A DNA stretch of 57,389 bases from NCBI GenBank assembly GCA_017471365.1, contig JAFUUC010000003.1, positions 1 through 57,389 on the forward strand, given 5' to 3'. The notes under the pieces are model-generated. The model saw only the letters and a list, made by a program, of their open reading frames with translations, had not been told where the DNA came from and did not search any database. Of this stretch, positions 43,856-54,063 are shown in pieces. The DNA comes from a bacterium (GTDB taxonomy: Bacteria > Cyanobacteriota > Vampirovibrionia > Gastranaerophilales > Gastranaerophilaceae). Both the position numbers and the translations under genes were made by a program. Each line of letters opens with the position of its first letter. Position 1 is the stretch's first letter.

Positions 43856-44493
43856 AGAAACGATTTTGGAAAATTGAATATTCTATAACAACAATTGTTA
43901 TTTTTGCAATTGTGTTATTACTTACACCGACTTCTATGTTTATAACATCAAAAGAAGCTGCTTATATTGCAAAATGGAATGAAACATATGCAAAAGCTGA
44001 TTACGCTTTTTCGGCAATGCTTGCTCAAGCTAATTCAGATCTGGTAAAAGGCTTAAAATCAGCAAAAACTGAAGAAGAAAAAGAAATGTATATGATGGAG
44101 CTAATAAAACCTTATTTACGTCTGAAAGAACACGAATATTTGTTTAGGCGTTATACGCAACATTATATGGATGGAAGAAAAGTTCGTAAACACGATAAAT
44201 ATTACTTTGAAAATCTTTATACAGCAGATAATGGACACATTGTAGGCATAAAAGATATTCCTAACGAAGATGAAAACCAATCTGGTTTTATAATGATGTT
44301 TGATATGAATGGAATTATCGGACCAAATACTTGGGGAAAAGATATATTTGGTTTGAACATATACCCTAATATGGGTATCAAAGCAATAGGACATAATTGG
44401 ACAATGGACGATTTAAAACGAGACTGCTCCGCACAAGGAACAGGTATTTCTTGTTCCCATTATTATAGAATCGGTGGAGAATTTAATGAATAA
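43852..44493 (+). CDS. pilin-like hypothetical protein with a degenerate prepilin site
   Basis: The N-terminus MKKRFWKIEYSITTIVIFAIVLL aligns with MTKRFGFTLAEVLITLGIIGVVAA but lacks Gly-1 and Glu+5. MFDMNGIIGPNTWGKDIFGLNIY resembles the pilin segment FIDVNGVTLPN...DVYPVRF. Confidence 0.5.
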   Translation: MKKRFWKIEYSITTIVIFAIVLLLTPTSMFITSKEAAYIAKWNETYAKADYAFSAMLAQANSDLVKGLKSAKTEEEKEMYMMELIKPYLRLKEHEYLFRRYTQHYMDGRKVRKHDKYYFENLYTADNGHIVGIKDIPNEDENQSGFIMMFDMNGIIGPNTWGKDIFGLNIYPNMGIKAIGHNWTMDDLKRDCSAQGTGISCSHYYRIGGEFNE

Positions 44494-45088
44494 TAATTTA
44501 ATAAAAAATATATGTGTATTTTGTTCTGCAAGCGATCATTTAGATGAAATTTATTATAAAGATGCTAAAGAACTAGGTACGTTAATTGGCAAAAACAATT
44601 TCAATATAGTCTATGGCGGGAGTACACTTGGAATGATGTGGGCATGTGCATCAGAAGTTAAAGCACATGGCGGTAGAGTGTTTGGCGTTATGCCGAAAAA
44701 ACTCATTGAAATGGGTTGCAGGACAGACAACTGCGACGAATTTTATTCGGCTGAAGGTATGCGAGACCGCAAAGAAAAAATGGACAAAATATCACAAGCT
44801 GTAATTGTAATGGCGGGAGGATTCGGAACTCTTGATGAGTTCGCAGAAATGTTTGTACAAAAACAACTTGGATATAACAAAAAGCCAATAGTTGTGTTAA
44901 ATACAAATGGTTATTATGATTCTTTGCTCGACTTTTTTAACAAAATCGTGGATGAAAAATTCGCGAATGAATTTGCACGGAAGAACATTATATATGTTGC
45001 AAAAACACCGCAGGAAGCAATTGAATACATTAAAAATTACAAAGAACCCGATTTTACACCATCAAAACACGAAATTTATGCAAGGTAG
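44474..45088 (+). CDS. LOG family protein (TIGR00730; nucleotide 5'-monophosphate nucleosidase/phosphoribohydrolase)
   Basis: VYGGSTLGMM and GGFGTLDEFAE motifs. Confidence 0.85.
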   Translation: MENLMNNNLIKNICVFCSASDHLDEIYYKDAKELGTLIGKNNFNIVYGGSTLGMMWACASEVKAHGGRVFGVMPKKLIEMGCRTDNCDEFYSAEGMRDRKEKMDKISQAVIVMAGGFGTLDEFAEMFVQKQLGYNKKPIVVLNTNGYYDSLLDFFNKIVDEKFANEFARKNIIYVAKTPQEAIEYIKNYKEPDFTPSKHEIYAR

Positions 45089-45131
45089 ATATCTTTGTGC
45101 TAAAATCAATTTATAACTAAGGAGATAAGAA

Positions 45132-46583
45132 ATGGTTGAACAAGAATTAAGAGATAAATATGAAGTAGTAATTGGACTTGAAGTTCATGCACAACTTAAA
45201 ACAAATACAAAAATATTTGCACCGGATCCCAATATTTTCGGTCAGGAACCGAATAGTTTAACAAGCCCAATTACACTTGGTATGCCTGGTGTTTTGCCCG
45301 TTTTAAATAAAGAAGTTGTTAATATGGGTATTTTAGCAGGATTGGCTTTAAACTGTGAAATTCCTTCACGCTGTAAATTTGACAGAAAACAATATTTTTA
45401 TCCGGATTTGCCAAAAGGATACCAAATTTCTCAGTACGACGAACCCATATGCGTGAATGGACATATAGATATAAATGGTAAGAGAATTGGAATCACGAGA
45501 GCTCACCTTGAAGAAGATGCCGGAAAGCTTGTACACGCGGGAGCAAATGGTCTTGCCGGTTCTGTTTATTCTCTTGTTGACCTTAACAGAGCTGGAACTC
45601 CACTATTAGAAATAGTGTCAGAACCTGATATGAGAAGCCCGCAAGAAGCAAGAGCTTATATGGAAGAACTTCGCGATATTGTACGTTATGCCGGTGTATG
45701 TGACGGAAACCTTGAAGAAGGATCTATGAGATGTGATGCAAATATTTCAATCATGCCAAAAGGTTCAAGTGAGTACGGCACAAGGGCCGAAATCAAAAAT
45801 ATTAACTCGTTCTCAGCTTTAGAAAGAGCTTTGGAATATGAGATAGATCGTCAAATAGAACTTGTGGAAGATGGAGGAAAAGTCGTTCAGGAAACAAGAC
45901 TTTGGAACGACGACACACGTGAAACAAAATCTATGAGGGGTAAGGAAGATGCAAATGATTACAGATATTTTCCAGAACCGGATTTAATGCCGCTCGAAAT
46001 TTCCCGCGAATGGGTTGAAAAAATTCGTGCTAAAATGCCTGAACTTCCAAATCAAAAACGCGAAAGATATCAAAGTCTTGGTTTGAGCGAATATGATGCA
46101 AATGTTATTGTCGCTCAGATGGAATTGGCGTTATTCTTTGATAAGGTTTTAGAACTTGGTGCTAATCCTAAAACTGCCGTAAACTTCTTAACAGGCGAAA
46201 TCGCAGCTTACTTAAAAGAAAATCATATAGAAATTGGCGAAACAAAGTTAACTCCTGAAAATCTCACCGAATTAATTTCTTTAATAGAAAAAGGAACTAT
46301 TTCTAACAATATCGGTAAACAAATTTTAATCGAAGACATGATTACAAATGGAGAAAAAGCATCCGAAATCGTCGAAAGAAAAGGCTTGAGCCAAATTTCC
46401 GATGAAGGAGCAATCAAAGAAATTGTTCAAAAAATAGTAGAAGCAAATCCTAATCAAGTGGAAGCCTACAGAAACGGAAAGACTAATTTGCTAGGTTTCT
46501 TCGTAGGTCAGGTAATGAAAGAAACCAAAGGTCGAGCAAATCCGCAAACAGTTAACAAGTTTGTAAGAGAATTTTTGGATTAA
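45132..46583 (+). CDS. gatB: Asp-tRNA(Asn)/Glu-tRNA(Gln) amidotransferase subunit B
   Basis: YEVVIGLEVHAQL, RAHLEEDAGK and a C-terminal YqeY-like tail. Confidence 0.95.
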   Translation: MVEQELRDKYEVVIGLEVHAQLKTNTKIFAPDPNIFGQEPNSLTSPITLGMPGVLPVLNKEVVNMGILAGLALNCEIPSRCKFDRKQYFYPDLPKGYQISQYDEPICVNGHIDINGKRIGITRAHLEEDAGKLVHAGANGLAGSVYSLVDLNRAGTPLLEIVSEPDMRSPQEARAYMEELRDIVRYAGVCDGNLEEGSMRCDANISIMPKGSSEYGTRAEIKNINSFSALERALEYEIDRQIELVEDGGKVVQETRLWNDDTRETKSMRGKEDANDYRYFPEPDLMPLEISREWVEKIRAKMPELPNQKRERYQSLGLSEYDANVIVAQMELALFFDKVLELGANPKTAVNFLTGEIAAYLKENHIEIGETKLTPENLTELISLIEKGTISNNIGKQILIEDMITNGEKASEIVERKGLSQISDEGAIKEIVQKIVEANPNQVEAYRNGKTNLLGFFVGQVMKETKGRANPQTVNKFVREFLD

Positions 46584-46584
46584 A

Positions 46585-47646
46585 ATGCAAATATTCAGAC
46601 GCACACAAACCTGCATGGAACGAGAAATTCAAGAACAAGCAGGGATTATACAGAATATTATAAATACTTATGTAGACTCGAATGGCAAAGTTCAATTATG
46701 TTTACCTGAAAATTTTGAACGCGTAATTATTGTTGCGAGTGGGTCTTCATACCATTGTGCGAGATTTGCTGCTGAATTATTTGGTTCTATTACTGGAATA
46801 GAGGCTCGTGCAATTTATTCCAGTGAATTTCTACTTGATTCAAAAATCGCGGATTCTAACGACATTTTATATATATTTATTACTCAATCCGGAGAAACCA
46901 CTGATACAAATAGTGCTTTGATTAAGGCAAAAGAAGCCGGAGTAAAAACACTTTGCATAACAAATAAAGAAGATTCTTCAATTTGGAATGCAGCAGATTA
47001 CAAAGTAGCATGTCTTGCAGGAGAGGAAAAAAGTATTGCAGCAACAAAATCATTAACTTCACAAATGTTGTGTGCATTACTTATAGTATTGAAAACAGCC
47101 CAAAATAAAGGTATAGAAACTGTTGACAAAATCCGAGACCTAAAAGACATACCTGATACTATTGAAAAAGCATACAAACTTCACCCAAAAATAAAACAAC
47201 TGGCCCGTTTTCTTTCTAAACACAGAAGTATTGTAATGACAGCGGACGGCAGCTCTTACGCGTTAGCTAAAGAGGCTTCTTTAAAAGTCAAAGAAACGTC
47301 TTATATCAATACATGTTCATATATTCTAGGGGAGTTTATGCACGGACATGTTGCAATGCTAAACAATAAACGTAGTGTTCTCGTGTACATATTAAATGAT
47401 GAATTAACATACACTGCAACAAAAAATTTAAATACCATCAAAGAATGCTACAATCCCCCAATTTGTGTGCTTGGAAATAGAACAAATCAAGTAAAATCTA
47501 CTTTTAATATAGACATAAATTGCCAAAAACCAATAATAAAGACTTTCGGTTTGCTTATAGTCATTCAACTGCTGGCACTTGAAATAGCCCTAAAGCGACA
47601 TAAAAATGTAGACAAACCACACGGTTTAAATAAAGTTGTAAAATAA
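46585..47646 (+). CDS. double SIS-domain sugar isomerase/aminotransferase-like protein (GlmS isomerase-domain-like, no glutaminase domain)
   Basis: ASGSSYHCARFAA...ITQSGETTDT...IAATKSLTSQ matches the GlmS C-terminal half. The start may instead be the ATG at 46615. Confidence 0.7.
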   Translation: MQIFRRTQTCMEREIQEQAGIIQNIINTYVDSNGKVQLCLPENFERVIIVASGSSYHCARFAAELFGSITGIEARAIYSSEFLLDSKIADSNDILYIFITQSGETTDTNSALIKAKEAGVKTLCITNKEDSSIWNAADYKVACLAGEEKSIAATKSLTSQMLCALLIVLKTAQNKGIETVDKIRDLKDIPDTIEKAYKLHPKIKQLARFLSKHRSIVMTADGSSYALAKEASLKVKETSYINTCSYILGEFMHGHVAMLNNKRSVLVYILNDELTYTATKNLNTIKECYNPPICVLGNRTNQVKSTFNIDINCQKPIIKTFGLLIVIQLLALEIALKRHKNVDKPHGLNKVVK

Positions 47647-47659
47647 AACCATAAAACAA

Positions 47660-47692
47660 AAGATTGGTTACCGTAATACGGTAACCAATCTT
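47660..47692. terminator. bidirectional hairpin terminator between convergent genes
   Basis: AAGATTGGTTACCG-taata-CGGTAACCAATCTT. Confidence 0.8.
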
Positions 47693-47737
47693 TCTTTGTA
47701 TAATTTAGTTCAGCGTTACAACAACGCCAACACTTGA

Positions 47738-48757
<1,020 letters not shown>

Positions 48758-48846
48758 TTAATTGGTAAGTCACTATAACATGCCGATAGTAGCATTAACA
48801 AAATTTGTAATCAAGTGGATTTTAAATACAAAACGTTAAGAAAAAA

Positions 48847-50463
48847 TTAAAATTTAAAATTGGATAAATTTATATTTAACTTCGCGTACTTATTTATAAG
48901 AATTTTAATATTTTTAACATCTGTAGGTGTAAAATTCGCACCATCAGTAGATTGCAATTTGGTAATTATTTTATTGAAAGCCTTTTTTTCCAACACTGTC
49001 ATAGAAGGTATCTTGTTATTTAATGTTTTTATATGTTTAACAAAGGTTTCAAAATTTACAGGATGTTGATTATTTTCATTGTATAAATTAAGCAATTTTT
49101 GGACATTTTTCTTTTTCACTTTAATCCCCTGAGATGTTGGCACCGGAACAGGTGTAGGAGTTTGTGCCTGCTGCGTAATGCCTGAAGGGGCTGTACCGTT
49201 ATTTATACTTGCTTGCATTTCGCGATTGTAATTATTATTAACTTCATTCAAACTCATCCTTGTTGCAGTAAAGCCCGTTGCCATTTGCTCAAATTCTTTT
49301 CTTGGAATAACTTGTATTTCATCCGGATGCCAAGGATTTTGAACATAAACATTAGAATCCGTAATTTTCAAAACAGCTAAAGAATGCCCACCTTTAGCCA
49401 TTGTTACACCATCGGGACCATTTTTTGCGACACGAACGCTAAATGTCAATGCATATTGATCTTCATTACCGGAATATCTTGCCAGCATATTGCGGAAATA
49501 ATTGTAATCACCCGAAAGATTTGTAACTTCGGAATATCCGCTTAATGCTTTTGATTTATCGCTATTATCAGTTTCAGCAAGCATTTGCTGATATGAAATT
49601 CTACGATAGTTACTATCGTCAAAAAGTTTAACTTTATTGTATCTCTGTGCTGTACACTGATAAACATCTGATTTCTGACCGGTTAAAATAAACGCAGCAT
49701 CAAATGCAAATCCTCCACTTAATTGGTCATTGTTTCTTGCATTACCAGTAGCCTGTTGAGCACTTCCAAACGCGTAATTAGAAGCATCGTTTCCAAGAAG
49801 CCGCATCGTTTCACGCATTTCTGCTCGATAAGATTCCATCGCAAGTTCTAAAATAACAACATTCATATCACCAGCAGCATAAGAAATTCCTGAAAAACTT
49901 GCAGCTCTTTCCAAAGCTTCCTTAGTAATTGTATAAGTGCCGGTTATTGCACACTTTGAACCAAGCCCCCTTGAAAAATAATTATTTTTGATCGCAAGTG
50001 CCCCCGGTAAAGTGACAGTAACACTCCCATTTGCATTACGTTTTATATTTTTATTTAAAATTTCTTGTCCATTTGCAGTATTTTTTATTGCAAGAATTTC
50101 ACTGAGAAAATAACAGTCACCCCTTTGTTTTTGAGCGAAATTATCAACAGTATTATCTACAGGAGTCGGGTTAGATGACGAATTTCCCGCAGCTATCATA
50201 ACCTGTGCTAAAAAACTGCATGAAACACTGTTTACATCTATTATACGAATCCAATTCACCCTTTCACCAAGGCGGAAATTATAATTACCACCATTAGCAG
50301 ACTTATCCGAAAGTGACAACCCCGGATAAAAACCTGTTTGAACATTAGTTGAATCAGATTCTGGAAATTCAATTGTAATTGGAGATGTTGCCCTTTCCGA
50401 CCTTCGCAACATACCTATATCAGGTAGCTCAGAAATCGGTTGATTATTGGAAATTTTTGTCAT
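48847..50463 (-). CDS. calpain-like (papain-fold) cysteine protease candidate with a P/T linker and a C-terminal helical domain
   Basis: 538 aa. QRGDCYFLSEILA gives Cys117, GGHSLAV gives His360 and VQNPWH gives Asn376, in the calpain order and context (GDCW.., GHAY.., NPWG). Confidence 0.5.
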   Translation of the reverse strand: MTKISNNQPISELPDIGMLRRSERATSPITIEFPESDSTNVQTGFYPGLSLSDKSANGGNYNFRLGERVNWIRIIDVNSVSCSFLAQVMIAAGNSSSNPTPVDNTVDNFAQKQRGDCYFLSEILAIKNTANGQEILNKNIKRNANGSVTVTLPGALAIKNNYFSRGLGSKCAITGTYTITKEALERAASFSGISYAAGDMNVVILELAMESYRAEMRETMRLLGNDASNYAFGSAQQATGNARNNDQLSGGFAFDAAFILTGQKSDVYQCTAQRYNKVKLFDDSNYRRISYQQMLAETDNSDKSKALSGYSEVTNLSGDYNYFRNMLARYSGNEDQYALTFSVRVAKNGPDGVTMAKGGHSLAVLKITDSNVYVQNPWHPDEIQVIPRKEFEQMATGFTATRMSLNEVNNNYNREMQASINNGTAPSGITQQAQTPTPVPVPTSQGIKVKKKNVQKLLNLYNENNQHPVNFETFVKHIKTLNNKIPSMTVLEKKAFNKIITKLQSTDGANFTPTDVKNIKILINKYAKLNINLSNFKF

Positions 50464-50691
50464 TAACCATCCTTGTTATATACTTTATATATACAAAAAA
50501 TTTTATCGGGGAAAAGATTGCCAAAATTACGTTTATTATTAAGTTATGTAACAGAATAAATAGGATATAGCAATTATATACTTTAAAAATACTTTATATA
50601 AGTGTAAGAGATAACAAATTAAACACGAGACATAAATTATACACTACCTACTACACACTAACCTTCTACACGAGGAATTGTAAAAAATTCC

Positions 50692-50722
50692 AAACTCTTT
50701 CTTTCAGGAAGAGTTTTTTTTT
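50692..50722 (+). terminator. orphan plus-strand intrinsic terminator with no plus-strand gene upstream
   Basis: AAACTCTT-9 nt-AAGAGTTT running into T9, preceded by a second hairpin GGAATT-gtaaaa-AATTCC (50674-50691). Confidence 0.55.
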
Positions 50723-50736
50723 ATTATAATTAGCTT

Positions 50737-51771
50737 ATGGAAAAGCAATGTTTATTTGGCGGGGAGAGGGTCAAAATAGGACCGGACTCCGGTTATGACA
50801 ACTACATAATGGCGATAGAGTCAAGTTGTGATGAGACAGCATGTGCAATAGTTAAGAACGGACGGGAAGTAGTTGCAAATATAGTTGCTTCTCAAATAAA
50901 GACTCACGAAAAATTCGGCGGAGTAATTCCAGAAATTGCAGCAAGGGAACATTTAGATGCCATTAATATTGTCATAGAAGAAGCATTTGAACAATCCGGA
51001 TTAAAACCTGAGGACATAACGGCGTTTGCAGCAACTGTTGGACCGGGGCTTGTTGGTTGCTTATTAGTTGGTTTAAATGCAGCTAAAACACTTGCTATGA
51101 TTTATAACAAGCCTTTTATAGGTGTAAATCATTTAAATGCACATTTGTGTGCAAATTATATAGATACTGATATAAAACCACCTTTTATGGCACTTTTAGT
51201 AAGTGGTGGTCACACTCAGATTATTGATGTTGAATCTTATTCAAGACAAACTATTCTTGGTGAAACTATCGATGATGCTGTTGGAGAAGCTTATGACAAA
51301 GTAGCAAGATTGATAGGATTGCCTTATCCCGGAGGTCCAAAACTCGATAAGCTTGCTCAATTGGGTAATCCAAATGCTTTTGAGCTACCTATTTCAAAAG
51401 TTGGTGGATATGATTTTAGTTTTAGTGGTTTAAAAACAGCGGTATTAAGGCTGGTTAAATCGTTTGAAGGCAAAGAACTTCCGGTGAATGATATTTGTGC
51501 AAGTTTCCAAGAATGTGTCTCAAAAACTCTTGCGAAAAAATTAAGAAAAGCCCTTGAAGAACGTGGATACAAACAGGTCGTTATTGCAGGAGGCGTCGCT
51601 GCAAATTCGGAGATTCGTAAAAAAGTTTTTGAACTCGAAAAAGAAGGCTTTAAAGTTAACGCTCCGGCAATGAAGTATTGTACTGACAACGCCTCAATGG
51701 TAGCTTCGTGTGCATATTTCAATACAAATACATTTGATGATATTGATGTTGAAGTATTTTCAAGAGTTTGA
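50737..51771 (+). CDS. tsaD: tRNA N6-adenosine threonylcarbamoyltransferase
   Basis: IESSCDETA, VNHLNAH and LVSGGHT motifs. The start is uncertain (50737 or 50809). 50737 lies 6 nt after a TATAAT and has no SD. Confidence 0.9.
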   Translation: MEKQCLFGGERVKIGPDSGYDNYIMAIESSCDETACAIVKNGREVVANIVASQIKTHEKFGGVIPEIAAREHLDAINIVIEEAFEQSGLKPEDITAFAATVGPGLVGCLLVGLNAAKTLAMIYNKPFIGVNHLNAHLCANYIDTDIKPPFMALLVSGGHTQIIDVESYSRQTILGETIDDAVGEAYDKVARLIGLPYPGGPKLDKLAQLGNPNAFELPISKVGGYDFSFSGLKTAVLRLVKSFEGKELPVNDICASFQECVSKTLAKKLRKALEERGYKQVVIAGGVAANSEIRKKVFELEKEGFKVNAPAMKYCTDNASMVASCAYFNTNTFDDIDVEVFSRV

Positions 51772-51825
51772 TAGCAAAAAATATTTTTACGAGTTTTTAT
51801 GTGAATAGCAAAGGACGGAAACACA

Positions 51826-52257
51826 ATGGCAAAAACATCAATGATATACGATATTTATAAACTGGGCAGCAATATAAGGGTTGCAGATAACTTTTATAAT
51901 CATGAAAACCTCACGAGAACACTTACCCCCCGCAATCTTAGTGCATTAAATAATTACGTAAGGCGAAGTGGTGCTCAATTATACCTTGAACCTCTTGAGA
52001 ATGATTTATTTGATAATGTTGTAATTAGAGTAATTAAAGACGCTGAAGAAAAACCATTTGCAATGAACCTGAAGCCGGGTAAAATAGAATTCAATAGTTT
52101 TATGAAAGAACTTTACAAAAATGTTGAGAATGCTTTAAAAGGATTAAATAAACATAAAGAAAGTCCAAAAAAGACCAAAAGATTTTCTATCGATAGATTA
52201 ATTGAAATTTACAACGATAAAAGACTCGAATTTGTAAACAGATTTATAAAACTATAG
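51826..52257 (+). CDS. hypothetical protein
   Basis: 143-aa ORF with an AAAGGA RBS. Confidence 0.5.
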   Translation: MAKTSMIYDIYKLGSNIRVADNFYNHENLTRTLTPRNLSALNNYVRRSGAQLYLEPLENDLFDNVVIRVIKDAEEKPFAMNLKPGKIEFNSFMKELYKNVENALKGLNKHKESPKKTKRFSIDRLIEIYNDKRLEFVNRFIKL

Positions 52258-53223
52258 TAAAACAGATTCCGGAATTTTGGATAATATAAAATCTGCTATA
52301 TTATTTTCAATATGGCAGTTGAAGTGAGAATTAATTTCTCTGATAAAATAGCACGGACTTGTAACATTAATTTCTATAATTTTTTCGTCAATAACATCAA
52401 GTCCTGCCATATAAATTCCCATAGAATTTAATTTTTTGGCAACCGGTTTAAATTTTTCGATTTCACTATCTGATAAAACCGCTTTTAATATATTAGAATC
52501 AGCGTGTTCACAAAATTTAAAATCATTACCACTCGGAACTTTTTGTACACAATACGGCAGAATCTGATCACCCAAAAATAAAACTCGTTTATCACCATAA
52601 ACAGCTTTTGGAATAAATTTTTGTACCATCACAAGACGTTTTCCGTTTTGAGTCATCTGATTAATAATTACAGCAGTATTTTTATCTCCTTTTTTAAGAT
52701 ACATAACACCACCACCAAAACATTGATTTAAAGGTTTTAAAATAATTTCTTCATATCGATTTACAAAATTCAAAACATCATTAAATGAAGATGTAACAAT
52801 ATTTTCAGGCATCAAATCGTTAAACATTTTTGCATGCAATTTTTCATTAAAATTACGAACAGAAACCGTGTCATTCATAACAAGAGTTTTTGAGCGATCG
52901 ACAAAATCAAATACATAAGTTGCATTTATATAATCGAGATCAACAGGAGGATCAGGTCTAAACATTACGAGTTGAAAATCTTCAACTTGTTTTTTAGCAA
53001 AGCTTGTCTTGTCATAGAAAATATTATTATCTTTTAAATAAGATTGGTAGCAATGGACATAAGCTTGAGAATTTTCAACACCGAGCATGTCAATTGTAGC
53101 AATTGATACATCGCATCCACGCTCAATCAATGTTTTAATAATCCAAAAATTAGTAACGAGATCATTAAATTCAAAATACTTTAATTCAATTCTATCAATT
53201 ATAAATAAGACATTCATAAACAT
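52252..53223 (-). CDS. glutathione synthetase-family ATP-grasp ligase (GshB-like)
   Basis: Collinear with E. coli GshB as I recall it: MFRPDPPVD, NEKL, ILKPLNQCFGGG, GDKRVL, PYC and GLDVIDEKIIEINVTSP. The substrate-loop region differs. Confidence 0.65.
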   Translation of the reverse strand: MFMNVLFIIDRIELKYFEFNDLVTNFWIIKTLIERGCDVSIATIDMLGVENSQAYVHCYQSYLKDNNIFYDKTSFAKKQVEDFQLVMFRPDPPVDLDYINATYVFDFVDRSKTLVMNDTVSVRNFNEKLHAKMFNDLMPENIVTSSFNDVLNFVNRYEEIILKPLNQCFGGGVMYLKKGDKNTAVIINQMTQNGKRLVMVQKFIPKAVYGDKRVLFLGDQILPYCVQKVPSGNDFKFCEHADSNILKAVLSDSEIEKFKPVAKKLNSMGIYMAGLDVIDEKIIEINVTSPCYFIREINSHFNCHIENNIADFILSKIPESVLL

Positions 53224-53240
53224 CTCCTACATATAGCCAT

Positions 53241-53295
53241 ATAATAAAAAACAAACCAATCCTTCGCTTCACACAAAACGGTATAGCGAAGGATT
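53241..53295 (-). terminator. intrinsic terminator after the MBL-fold hydrolase gene
   Basis: AATCCTTCGCT-16 nt-AGCGAAGGATT, followed on the minus strand by GGTTTGTTTTTTATT. Confidence 0.65.
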
Positions 53296-53311
53296 ATATA
53301 AAAAAACTGGA

Positions 53312-53992
53312 CTAATTTCCGTTTTTAACATCGGTTCCAACCGGAGAAACAATTTGACAAACAGTATTACCAAAAGCAACGAGCTGTGCAAAACGCTGCA
53401 AATCAGCCTGAATTTCCGGGAAAGTACCATAATGCATCGGAATAACTGTTTTAACTCCAAGCCACTTGGCAGCAAGAGCAGCATGTTCAACATCCATTGT
53501 ATAATTACCGCCGATAGGGAGTAATGCGATTTGAGGAGCATACAACTCTTTCAAAGTTTTCATTTCACCCGTCAAACAAGTATCTCCAGCATGATAAATT
53601 CTAACACCTTCCACATCGAGAATAATTCCTGCGGCACTTCCGCCATATCTTCCATCTGGTAAAGAACTTGAATGAAAAGCAGGAACAAAAACCGCTCTAC
53701 CCCACTCATAATTTATCCACGCACCCAAACCAACAGACTTTGTTTTAGCACCCTGTTCTTTACAATATCCGGCAAGCTCTGCAACAGCAGTAATCGTTGC
53801 ATCTTTTTCTTTTGCAATCTCAACAGAGTTACCTAGATGATCCCCGTGGGCATGAGTTAACAAAATATCCGAAATAGGTTCTTCATGCCAATTATAATTG
53901 TCATTTTTGTCAACCCAAGGGTCAATTAAAACAGCCTTATCCTTACTTGTGATTTGAAATGCACTGTGTCCAATATACTTTAAATCTACCAT
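53312..53992 (-). CDS. metal-dependent hydrolase, metallo-beta-lactamase fold (UPF0173-like)
   Basis: YIGHSAFQI and THAHGDHLG. Confidence 0.85.
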   Translation of the reverse strand: MVDLKYIGHSAFQITSKDKAVLIDPWVDKNDNYNWHEEPISDILLTHAHGDHLGNSVEIAKEKDATITAVAELAGYCKEQGAKTKSVGLGAWINYEWGRAVFVPAFHSSSLPDGRYGGSAAGIILDVEGVRIYHAGDTCLTGEMKTLKELYAPQIALLPIGGNYTMDVEHAALAAKWLGVKTVIPMHYGTFPEIQADLQRFAQLVAFGNTVCQIVSPVGTDVKNGN

Positions 53993-54063
53993 TTTTACCC
54001 CCTAAAACATAATACTATTTACTAACAGTTTTAATTTATCACAATTTAATATAAAATACAATT

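Noticed and set aside
53269-53541. 90-aa minus-strand ORF overlapping the 3' part of the MBL-fold hydrolase gene in another frame
   Set aside because: It is an out-of-frame overlap with a conserved gene and it extends through the terminator hairpin. It has no independent support.
53993-54063. FMN riboswitch upstream of ribD
   Set aside because: Only ~70 nt of very AT-rich spacer is available. That is too short for an FMN aptamer and it lacks the conserved G-rich core segments.
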